Part shown: positions 8,128-16,303 of the stretch, piece by piece
Layout: each line of letters opens with the position of its first letter
Position numbering within the stretch: position 1 is the stretch's first letter
Origin: Candidatus Thorarchaeota archaeon
GTDB lineage: Archaea > Asgardarchaeota > Heimdallarchaeia > Hodarchaeales > Hodarchaeaceae
Direction of reading: 5' to 3'
Assembly: GCA_048882505.1 (NCBI GenBank)
Contig: JBHLRO010000028.1
Span: forward strand, 4,098 to 36,097
DNA length: 32,000 bases
Program-made: the position numbers and the translations under genes
The notes under the pieces: model-generated
The model's input: only the letters and a program-made list of their open reading frames with translations
Told to the model about the DNA's origin: nothing
Databases searched by the model: none

Positions 8128-9075
8128 ATGAAATTTTGTCCTGCCTGTGGAATGGAAAATTTCGAGGGAAGTGTTTATTGTGGAAACTGTGGTCATAAAT
8201 TTCCTGGAGAACAACAGGAAAGTAGTCCTCAGCCGATTCAAACTCCATCTCAATCTTTTCTATCAGTCGATTCGTCAAGGATATCCTATGCCAGACCTTC
8301 ACCTTACATTCGACCTCCTCGTATCCAGTATATGAATTTGATAACCCACAGGAACTATCAAAATCTAATTAATGGCAGCACAGCTTTTGCACTCGGACCG
8401 ATTATATCTCTGGTCCTTGGAATAATCTTGGTCGGAGATGAAAGTAGTTTATCTACATTTGTGAATCAATTAGTCGATCTTAGCGCATTAGCTCTGTTTG
8501 CATTTGGAATTTACTCGATATCTCAATTAGAACCAGTTTCATTAAACAGACAAGTCAAGTATGTACCGCTCTTAATAATACTCCATGCAGGGATTGGATT
8601 TATCGGGGCTGTAATGACCGAATCCATCCTCACGATTCCCGAGGACGTATCTTTAGAGGGGCTGAGATCGTTTATTTATCAAGGAATATTGATTTCAATA
8701 CTTATGACAGGTTCAGCCTTTATTTTCCTGATAGGAGCCCATAGCTTCACTCAATGGTTTGAAGAATTCATAACCTTCTTGGGAGCTCCCCATAATGCTA
8801 CGACAAGCCGCATCAGGTGGTGTGCCATATGCGAGGTAATGGGGTCATTATTACTCGTGGCAACATATGTGATGTTTCTAAGTGGATTGGAAACCCTCTC
8901 ACTATCGACTATCCAAAATGGCCAAACAGTTTTAGTTTTAGCAACCTTAATTTTCTTTGCAGCAATTATTCTACAAGTAGCAGGGGGATATAAGGTTTTC
9001 ACACAGTTAAATAATATAAAAATGGGGAAGTATGATGGAACCTATCAAGAACATATCATCGAAAAATATAGATAG
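8128..9075 (+). CDS. Zinc-ribbon multi-pass membrane protein
   Basis: N-terminal MKFCPACGMEN...YCGNCGHKF (CxxC-x10-CxxC), a Pro/Gln/Ser-rich linker, then about 6 hydrophobic helices. Confidence 0.8.
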   Translation: MKFCPACGMENFEGSVYCGNCGHKFPGEQQESSPQPIQTPSQSFLSVDSSRISYARPSPYIRPPRIQYMNLITHRNYQNLINGSTAFALGPIISLVLGIILVGDESSLSTFVNQLVDLSALALFAFGIYSISQLEPVSLNRQVKYVPLLIILHAGIGFIGAVMTESILTIPEDVSLEGLRSFIYQGILISILMTGSAFIFLIGAHSFTQWFEEFITFLGAPHNATTSRIRWCAICEVMGSLLLVATYVMFLSGLETLSLSTIQNGQTVLVLATLIFFAAIILQVAGGYKVFTQLNNIKMGKYDGTYQEHIIEKYR

Positions 9076-9119
9076 GGTTTAATTCTGAGTCATGTTTTGG
9101 TAAAGATTCCTACGTCCTC

Positions 9120-9803
9120 TTATCTTAAATTCGTTCCGCATTTTTCGCAGAACAGCCCATCGGACCGAGTCCCACAGAGTGGACAGATGACCCATCGAGA
9201 ACTCTTGGGATATGATGGAGAATCGTCAAATACGAAATCTCCGGGATCTCTCCCTGATACATGCTCGAGGGGATCATCTGAGGGGATAGAACGGTCGCGA
9301 GAAGTGACTGCCCAGATGATGGCCAATATGATACTACTGATAAGGACGCCAGTACTGTAAAACACAAAGGTAAGTTCAGTGATTCCGAACAGACCGGCAA
9401 TGAACGACTGCTGAAGGGTGATTTTCACCGTTCCGATTCTATCAGATTGAAATTCATCATACTGAAGGTAATAGTCCCCCTCTTTCTCAATTCTGACCGA
9501 GGTAAGCATGACCACTGAGAAAGTACTCTCTCCGTCAAATGAGAATGAAATGAAAATAGGAGAAACGGTACCTGACCCATCAATCGAGATGAGAATGATT
9601 TCACCTGAACTGAATCCATATACGTGATTCTCACCTACGGCATTAATCGAATAATACCCTTCTTTCAGATGGAATGTAGGGCTAATTGAGGATTGACCAA
9701 TATCTAGCACTCCAAAGGTGGTCTGAAAGAGAAATAAGTTTAAGAATCCGAATATCATTCCAAATATACTAATACCAATCAGCAATTTTGGTAACGATCT
9801 CAT
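9120..9803 (-). CDS. Membrane protein with C-terminal zinc ribbon
   Basis: N-terminal TM/signal segment, a beta-rich middle, a second TM helix, and C-terminal ICPLCGTRSDGLFCEKCG. Confidence 0.8.
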   Translation of the reverse strand: MRSLPKLLIGISIFGMIFGFLNLFLFQTTFGVLDIGQSSISPTFHLKEGYYSINAVGENHVYGFSSGEIILISIDGSGTVSPIFISFSFDGESTFSVVMLTSVRIEKEGDYYLQYDEFQSDRIGTVKITLQQSFIAGLFGITELTFVFYSTGVLISSIILAIIWAVTSRDRSIPSDDPLEHVSGRDPGDFVFDDSPSYPKSSRWVICPLCGTRSDGLFCEKCGTNLR

Positions 9804-9913
9804 GTCATCGCCTTTCCAAAGAAGAAAATTGAATTGATAAAGTAGATCAAGTAATAACCTATGAATTTGGCTAATAAGAATTTCGATATCCGACCACTGT
9901 AGATTGTGAGTAG

Positions 9914-10972
9914 GTGGTAGAAATTAAAGTTACGACATTTGAAGACGTAAAAGACCTTCTAAGGATGAACATTGTTTCAGCAGCCTTAGGAACTGCCTTT
10001 GAACTGAAGTTATTTGAGATAATCAATAACCACCCCCAAGATGCGCGAAAAATCGCGGAGACCTTTGATATACCACTAGATCGTGTTTACTGGTGGCTCG
10101 AATTGCTAGTTGGATTAGGGCTTTTAGAACAGGACAGTGGTACTTATTCCATTTCTCCTATCACGCGATCTGCCGTTTTTGAGAGCTACAGCGCAGAAAC
10201 CTGGGCGCAATTGGCCCAGTATGCACGAGAAGGGTATCGAATAGGTGATAATCTCGTATTCCACATTTCCCATCCGAAGTCGGTGTGGGCATCTCAGGGA
10301 TTGAGTCCACCTGATTGGTTTAAACAAATCCAAAAGGATCCGACGCGTGCACGACGTTTTACATATCTACTTTACGAACTGCATCTTCCGTTGGCAAAAA
10401 CGCTGGCCCAAACATTAGAAATGACGGGTGTGAGACAAATGATGGATTTAGGTGGGGGATCAGGGGTCATGTCGTTAATGTTACTAGAACAACATACTAG
10501 TCTCAAAGCAGTAGTCGTAGACATACCAAATGTTTGCGTTGTAGGGAGGGAAATCGCCGATAATACAATCGTAGCGAATCGTATTGAATATAGGGCACTG
10601 GACTTCATTCATGATGAATTACCAACTGGTTTTGATCTGATACTTCAATGTGATGCGGGAATTCATACTGAAACTTTCTTTCAGAAGTTGTATAACGTGT
10701 TGAATAAAGGGGGGCAGTTGGTAATTGTTGATTGGTGGAATCGTGGAATTACAGACTCTCAACCCGTACCTGACACTTCTCTCCAACGGAGAATGAAGCA
10801 ATTTGAAAGTTCACTACAAGTTCCCAGATTGCCTATTACAACTGGAACAGAGGTGGCGACAAATATTAAAAGCCGTTTATTTCAGGTTGGATTTAGGGAT
10901 ATCTCATTAGACACACTAGAGGATGAAACTACAATTATTAGGTCTAAAAAACCGAGACAAGGTGTAGAATAG
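9914..10972 (+). CDS. SAM-dependent O-methyltransferase (Methyltransf_2 / ASMT-BchU-like) with dimerisation domain
   Basis: N-terminal SAALGTAFELKLFEII...LELLVGLGLL dimerisation/wHTH pattern, motif I MMDLGGGSG, VVVDIPNV, LNKGGQLVIVD; GTG start. Confidence 0.85.
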   Translation: MVEIKVTTFEDVKDLLRMNIVSAALGTAFELKLFEIINNHPQDARKIAETFDIPLDRVYWWLELLVGLGLLEQDSGTYSISPITRSAVFESYSAETWAQLAQYAREGYRIGDNLVFHISHPKSVWASQGLSPPDWFKQIQKDPTRARRFTYLLYELHLPLAKTLAQTLEMTGVRQMMDLGGGSGVMSLMLLEQHTSLKAVVVDIPNVCVVGREIADNTIVANRIEYRALDFIHDELPTGFDLILQCDAGIHTETFFQKLYNVLNKGGQLVIVDWWNRGITDSQPVPDTSLQRRMKQFESSLQVPRLPITTGTEVATNIKSRLFQVGFRDISLDTLEDETTIIRSKKPRQGVE

Positions 10973-10975
10973 AGC

Positions 10976-11341
10976 ATGGCGGGTATTATCTTCTTAAAAA
11001 CACAAAACCTAGAAAAAATTCGCGATTTCTACACATCAATGATTGAAGCAACTGTGTGGGTCGATCAAAAAGATTGTATCATCTTTAAGCATGATAACTT
11101 TCTGTTTGGATTTTGCGAAGGATTTAGGATAGATAAATACGGGTTGTTAACATTCTTCTATCAAACTATCGAAGAAGTAGATCGAATGTATGACAGACTG
11201 CGAAATATTACGACTACCCAACCAACAAGAAATGAGAGATACCGAATTTACCAATTCTTTGCCAAGGATCCAGAAGGCAGAGACTTAGAATTCCAAAATT
11301 TTTTGCATGAAATCGATTTTAGCTGGGATTTTTATAGCTAA
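10976..11341 (+). CDS. VOC / glyoxalase-bleomycin resistance family protein
   Basis: IIFLKTQNLEKIRDFYT ... EEVDRMYDRL ... YQFFAKDPEGRDLEFQ; starts 3 nt after the previous stop. Confidence 0.85.
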   Translation: MAGIIFLKTQNLEKIRDFYTSMIEATVWVDQKDCIIFKHDNFLFGFCEGFRIDKYGLLTFFYQTIEEVDRMYDRLRNITTTQPTRNERYRIYQFFAKDPEGRDLEFQNFLHEIDFSWDFYS

Positions 11342-11362
11342 AAAATCATAAAACATCACTAT

Positions 11363-11878
11363 TTGATGTTTCAAGGGCCAACAAGGATTTTGACCAGAGT
11401 GAAAGTAATTCAAGAACAATTAAAGAAATATGACGTCGTACAAATAGAAAATTTACTGCGAGGGAGTAAGAATCCTGTAACATTAACGTATCTATCAAAA
11501 GCAAAAAATATTCCTGTTACTGTTCCCATTTGGACTTTTTTTTATGAAAATAAGTTCTACTGTTTTGCAGGAGGTAAATCCAAGAAAGTTCAAGCAATTA
11601 GATCAGGAAATACTGCTGTTTCCCTTCTAATTATTGATAGAAAGTTTTACCCTCATCCTGAATCCGATTTTATGCCATATCTAGGAATCATGGGAGAAGC
11701 TAGAATCTGCACCTACCTGGATAATCCCAAAACGGCATGGATCCATCAGCAGTTGCTGTTAAAATATGACCCCAATCTTTCTCAAGAATGGATAAGAGTA
11801 TTATACGATAAAGTTGAAGGTAGACCTGAGGAGGATTGGTTGATAGAAATAACTCCCACTGATTACTTCTCGTATTAG
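11363..11878 (+). CDS. Pyridoxamine 5'-phosphate oxidase-like (split-barrel) protein
   Basis: VTLTYLS...PVTVPIWTFFYENKFYCFAGGKSKKVQAIRSGN.AVSLLI...GIMGEARI pattern; start at TTG 11363 or ATG 11366. Confidence 0.7.
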   Translation: MMFQGPTRILTRVKVIQEQLKKYDVVQIENLLRGSKNPVTLTYLSKAKNIPVTVPIWTFFYENKFYCFAGGKSKKVQAIRSGNTAVSLLIIDRKFYPHPESDFMPYLGIMGEARICTYLDNPKTAWIHQQLLLKYDPNLSQEWIRVLYDKVEGRPEEDWLIEITPTDYFSY

Positions 11879-11935
11879 GAACTCACAAACGCGGTTCCTA
11901 GGCTTTGTTTGTATCTGGCAGGATGATGAAAGGAA

Positions 11936-12646
11936 TCAAGGGATCGATTCATCTAGTTTTACCAACCAATGATGGATGGGAGCCATCTTTTGGCAATGAT
12001 TAAAACATTGGTCAACCAGCTCAACTGTTTTGAGTGTAGATACGCTGATCTGCGGAGAAATAACATAAAGACCATTGTATTTCAACAAATCAGCTCGCGG
12101 GTGAGAGGAATCAAATCCTCTTGGAACCCGCTTGTAGTGACTCCCCCCAATTTTATAGTCTCCGGCTTGGTGGACAGAATCAATGGCTTCGACTAATTCG
12201 TGTCCCGTATCATCGGAAACAACTGCTTCACGAAAAGCAGCTAGATGTTGTTTGGAAAAAGCATGCATACCCAGATATAGTCCTGCTCCAGTCATGTCCA
12301 TGCCAAAAAAGATACCAGGATGTTGCATTTTCTTGCCCAGGCCTTCCCAGAAAATCACACGAAAACGGGTATTATACGGGGACTTATCCTTACTAAAACG
12401 AATATCTCTGTGAACTCGCATAATCGAACCACGTCCATTTGTTTGAGGATCATAGCGAAGACCAGAGGAGATCTTTTTGAGCCGCTCGCCTAAGGTAATT
12501 ACAAAACTTTGCCCAGGATCAAGGAGGTACTTTTGATAGTCCGCCTTACGCGCTTGAAACCATTCTCGGCTATTATTTAATTTCAGATCAGCTAAAAACT
12601 GCAACCCTTCTTCAGGAAACCCATCAAAGGTATTATTACTTGACAA
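11936..12646 (-). CDS. DUF2461 / TIGR02453 family protein
   Basis: FLADLKLNNSREWFQARK..Y, SIMRVHRDIRFSKDKSPY and YKRVPRGFD..HPRADLLKY are hallmark motifs; TTG start with GAGGT upstream. Confidence 0.9.
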   Translation of the reverse strand: MSSNNTFDGFPEEGLQFLADLKLNNSREWFQARKADYQKYLLDPGQSFVITLGERLKKISSGLRYDPQTNGRGSIMRVHRDIRFSKDKSPYNTRFRVIFWEGLGKKMQHPGIFFGMDMTGAGLYLGMHAFSKQHLAAFREAVVSDDTGHELVEAIDSVHQAGDYKIGGSHYKRVPRGFDSSHPRADLLKYNGLYVISPQISVSTLKTVELVDQCFNHCQKMAPIHHWLVKLDESIP

Positions 12647-12968
12647 TCGAATACCTCAAGATATCGAGTTGGTTTAATCAATAGGTTCCTATTTATATCC
12701 GACCAACTAAGAGAGAGATCAGTGTAACGCTATATATCTACCCTTTCTTACCAGAATTTAGAGAATTCTGTCCATTATTCGAAAATCCTGGCAAATCTGA
12801 CAGAAAAGGCCTTGAAATCCTTATCTAACTAATCATTTAACTAAGGACCAAGGATTAATTCATCTGTGTGAAAAGAACTCGAAAAGGGTTTAGCTACACG
12901 GGTCTTATCGTGGAAAGAAAAAAGCAATTTACGATTACATTCCATTTGGGACTTTCGAAACTGGTTTT

Positions 12969-13163
12969 CTAACGGATTTTTTCGTACTCTCGATACCTGT
13001 CATAACGCTCCCTTTTCCGATAGTACTTTCCCAGTTTGTGTTTTGTCAGCAGATAGGATATCGATCCAGGATTCATCCCGAACAGGGCTCCTATCAGGGC
13101 ATGGAAGGCGCTTCTGGTGACTTCTTTTTCCAATTCTCCCTTTTTCTTCTTCATTGGTTCCAC
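12969..13163 (-). CDS. Small basic hypothetical protein (copy 1 of the duplication); likely start ATG 13154
   Basis: MKKKKGELEKEVTRSAFHALIGALFGMNPGSISYLLTKHKLGKYYRKRERYDRYREYEKIR; the second copy keeps the same amino-acid pattern, which supports a coding origin. Confidence 0.45.
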   Translation of the reverse strand: MEPMKKKKGELEKEVTRSAFHALIGALFGMNPGSISYLLTKHKLGKYYRKRERYDRYREYEKIR

Positions 13164-13252
13164 TCTCGAGAATTGCTGCGTGAAGAGAACCTCTTCATGT
13201 CTGGCATTATCAATGATATTTCATTTAATTTGAGAGTTTTGAAACTAGTTTT

Positions 13253-13433
13253 CTAACGGATTTTTTCGTACTTTGGATACCTAATTATCGCTCCTTCTCC
13301 CCATAGCGCTTTCGCAGCTTATGTTTAGCAAGCAGATAGGATAATGACGCCGGATTCTTGAAAGATAGACCAAAAAACTCTCCGAAGGATGTACTAGCTA
13401 GTTCCTTCTCTAGTTCTCCTTTTTTTTCTTCAT
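13253..13433 (-). pseudogene. Disrupted second copy of the small basic ORF
   Basis: Reads KKGELEKELASTSFGEFFGLSFKNPASLSYLLAKHKLRKRYGEKER*. Relative to copy 1 it is 1 nt short in the A-run after the ATG (8 A), has a premature TAA, and has a further 1-nt deletion before the conserved YEKIR* tail. Confidence 0.6.
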
Positions 13434-13808
13434 TGGCTTTTGCTCTTGGCCTTTTTAGTTTAAGAGTTATTGGTTCTTTGTAACACTAGGCATAATCGGC
13501 GGCTTAAATATGCTGTCATTCCGGAATTACTCTTAAAATGCTTTTGATCGATCTTTTTTGTCTAGTAAGTCCTTTAAGTCTTTTCGTTTTCTCAAGTTCT
13601 TCTACTTCCAGTTAGGCTTCCATGAATCCATCACCTAATGCCAGCTGGTTCAGCTCTGTGAATTTTTCTCCATAGTTGCCATGCTGTTGAGATGCTCATG
13701 ACATGAAAAGGTATGGAAACTCCCTGCCTAAATTTTCTGTCTGGGACCCCCGATTCTGAAAAATGTCGGGTCATCCTTAAATTCATTGAAATTACATGAT
13801 GCCATGGA

Positions 13809-16271
13809 ATGACACAGGCACTAGTTGAAAGGTTGAATGCAAGAACGATTGAAGGGGATCTGTATCGTTTAATACCTGAGAAACCTGAATTCGTTCAATG
13901 TTATGCGTGTGCTCATTACTGTAAAATTAGGAACAATCGTTCTGGCATATGTAAAATCAGATTCAATGACAATGGGGTCCTGAGAGTTCCGTATGGCTAT
14001 GTGGGCGCATGGCAGTGTGATCCGATTGAAAAAAAACCCTTTTTTCACGCGTTTCCTGGAACCCATGCCATGTCCTTTGGAATGCTGGGATGCGATTATC
14101 ACTGTGGGTATTGTTTTACAGATGATACTGTTGTCATAACTGATAAAGGCCCTGAAACATTTAAACAGTTATTTAACTCTGTTGATGCTATTCAAGAAAC
14201 TCACGATGGATACATTGGTTTTAAAAACGACCTTAGAGCTATCACTTCTTCTGGTAAATTGAGAGATGTAAAGGGTATATTTAAACATAAATATAAAGGG
14301 AAGATGGTAAAAATAAATCCCCTATATTTACCAGAAATAAAGTGTACAAGTGATCATGAAATTTATGCCACCACTAACCCTAATATTAAACCAGGAAAAG
14401 TTAAAGCGAAACAATTAACAAAAAATCACCTTCTTGCAATTCCACGAAGCTATTCTTTTTCTTCGCCCCAGCTTGTTAAAGTCGATCAAGTCCTAAATCA
14501 GCATGAATTCAACTTCAATCCTAGGTGGAAATTATCTGTTGAAGAACGTAATTTTATCATGTCCGAAACTGAAAAAGGAAAATCATCTAATGAAATAGGA
14601 GAAACACTAGGGAAAAGTGGTTCATATATTCGGCATGTTAGAAGCAAAATGAGGAAGGGATTAGGCTTAGATAAAAGAAAAGGAAAAATCATCATTGAAG
14701 ATAATAAAATGAGATTTTCTAACGAACGTAGACCAGGAATCCCTGTTGAAATTCAATTTGATGTTGACACTGCGAGGTTATTTGGACTTTACTGTGCGGA
14801 AGGATGTGTTGTAACTGATGAAAGCAGACCTAATAGCTATAAAACCAATTTCACTTTTTCACATGAGGAAGAACATTTTGTAAAGGAAGTACGAAATTTA
14901 ATTACAAAAATTTTTGGCATTAGTGCAAGGAAAGTAATTAGAGAAGATACCATAGCGGTTGCGGCAGGGAAAACTTCGATTGGACTATTATTCAAATATT
15001 TAGTTGGAGTTAAAGCTCTTGAAAAGAAAGTTCCGGAGTATTTATTCGATGCTCCAAGAGAAGTGGTTGAAGCCTTTGTTAATGCATATATAGATGGTGA
15101 TGGCCATAGGTACGAAAGTAGTAAGGTTTCATCTAGTACTGTTTCAATTGATCTAGCTTATGGTATTGCTTGGCTAGTTTTAAAACTAGGATATTTACCC
15201 TCCATATATATTAATAAAATGCCAGAAAAAACAGAAATACTAGGAAGGGAAGTAAATCAAGCTGAATTTTTGTATAATGTGGTTTGGTATGAGAATTCAA
15301 ATGTTGAAAGAGAATTTCATGTTACTGATGAGTATTTTTTGATACCAATTAGATCATTGAGTCAATTTGACTTTGATGATTATGTTTACAATATGGAAGT
15401 AGAGAATGAACACAATTATCTAGCAGGATTCTTTTTGGTAGCTAATTGTCAAAATTGGCTTACGTCTCAAGCTCTAAAGGATCCCCGAGCGAGCGCCAGA
15501 TCGACGGTTAATGATATCACCCCACAGGAGTTTGTAAACAAAGCCCTGGATCTTGATGCGAGAGTGGTAACATCTACGTATAATGAACCGCTGATTACGT
15601 CTGAGTGGGCTGTAGCAATCTTCAAAGTGGCACGGGAAAAGGGACTAGCGACTTCGTACGTATCTAACGGGAATGCCACCCCCGAAGTTTTAGACTATCT
15701 AAAACCCTATTTGGATCTATATAAAATTGATCTGAAGACGTTTCAAGATAAGAACTATCGAAAGTTAGGGGGAACGTTAGAAGCGGTTCTTAAAGGGATC
15801 AAAGGTGTCTTTGAGAGAGGAATGTGGTTAGAAATAGTTACATTAATTGTCCCGTCTTTTAATGACTCTGATGAGGAACTACAACAAATCGCGGAATTCA
15901 TTGCAAACATTTCCCCTGATATCCCGTGGCATGTGACCGCATTTCATAAAGATTATAAAATGACAGATCCAGACAACACTTCTGTCGAAACTTTAGTTCG
16001 TGCTGCAAAAATTGGCGAAAAGACTGGATTAAATTATGTATATGCAGGCAATTTGCCTGGTCAAGTGGGTAAGTTTTCTCATACACGATGTCCTCAATGT
16101 GAGCATACGTTAATTGCGAGACACGGTTTTGAAATCACCGACTTCGCATTAAACGTGAATTATGAAGAAAAAAAGGGATATTGTCCTAAATGTGGAGAAC
16201 AAATTCCAGGGAGATGGGAAGAACCTCCAGAAAGAAACTCACGGCTTCATTTTAGTCGATTTCTCAGTTGA
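13809..16271 (+). CDS. amrS: AmmeMemoRadiSam system radical SAM enzyme, intein-containing precursor (820 aa; about 375 aa after splicing)
   Basis: VQCYACAHYCKI...GICKIR, DPIEKKPFFHAFPG...SFGMLGCDYHCGY|intein|CQNWLTSQ, TYNEPLITSEW, YVSNGNATPE, DLKTF, WLEIVTLIVP, IPWHVTAFHKDYKM, YVYAGNLPG and a C-terminal CPQC...CPKCG match this family. Confidence 0.92.
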   Translation: MTQALVERLNARTIEGDLYRLIPEKPEFVQCYACAHYCKIRNNRSGICKIRFNDNGVLRVPYGYVGAWQCDPIEKKPFFHAFPGTHAMSFGMLGCDYHCGYCFTDDTVVITDKGPETFKQLFNSVDAIQETHDGYIGFKNDLRAITSSGKLRDVKGIFKHKYKGKMVKINPLYLPEIKCTSDHEIYATTNPNIKPGKVKAKQLTKNHLLAIPRSYSFSSPQLVKVDQVLNQHEFNFNPRWKLSVEERNFIMSETEKGKSSNEIGETLGKSGSYIRHVRSKMRKGLGLDKRKGKIIIEDNKMRFSNERRPGIPVEIQFDVDTARLFGLYCAEGCVVTDESRPNSYKTNFTFSHEEEHFVKEVRNLITKIFGISARKVIREDTIAVAAGKTSIGLLFKYLVGVKALEKKVPEYLFDAPREVVEAFVNAYIDGDGHRYESSKVSSSTVSIDLAYGIAWLVLKLGYLPSIYINKMPEKTEILGREVNQAEFLYNVVWYENSNVEREFHVTDEYFLIPIRSLSQFDFDDYVYNMEVENEHNYLAGFFLVANCQNWLTSQALKDPRASARSTVNDITPQEFVNKALDLDARVVTSTYNEPLITSEWAVAIFKVAREKGLATSYVSNGNATPEVLDYLKPYLDLYKIDLKTFQDKNYRKLGGTLEAVLKGIKGVFERGMWLEIVTLIVPSFNDSDEELQQIAEFIANISPDIPWHVTAFHKDYKMTDPDNTSVETLVRAAKIGEKTGLNYVYAGNLPGQVGKFSHTRCPQCEHTLIARHGFEITDFALNVNYEEKKGYCPKCGEQIPGRWEEPPERNSRLHFSRFLS
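14112..15446 (+). mobile_element. Intein (445 aa) with LAGLIDADG homing endonuclease and an internal HTH-like segment
   Basis: Starts CFTDDTVVIT (block A), has CTSDHEIY (block B TxxH), LFGLYCAEG and AYIDGDG (LAGLIDADG blocks C and E), VYNMEVENEHNY (block F), and ends LVAN followed by Cys+1. Removing it restores CDYHCGYC (CxxxCxxC). Confidence 0.95.
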
Positions 16272-16303
16272 TCATTTATGGGAAGACGTAGGATTAAGGA
16301 CGA

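Larger units (their letters stand above)
12952..13450 (-). repeat. Diverged tandem duplication (two copies of about 215-220 bp, offset 279-284 bp)
   Basis: TTTCGAAACTGGTTTTCTAACGGATTTTTTCGTACTCTCGATACCT (about 12953) versus TTTTGAAACTAGTTTTCTAACGGATTTTTTCGTACTTTGGATACCT (about 13237): 4 mismatches in 46 nt. Similarity continues to a shared CCAATGAAGAA start context. Confidence 0.85.

Noticed and set aside
11876-11900. TAGGAAC...GTTCCTA 7-bp stem between convergent genes
   Set aside because: Short stem with an 11-nt loop and no T-tract; could be chance.
13745-13772. GACCCCCGA...TCGGGTC bulged hairpin upstream of amrS
   Set aside because: Single weak hairpin with no match to a riboswitch or tRNA structure that I can recognise.
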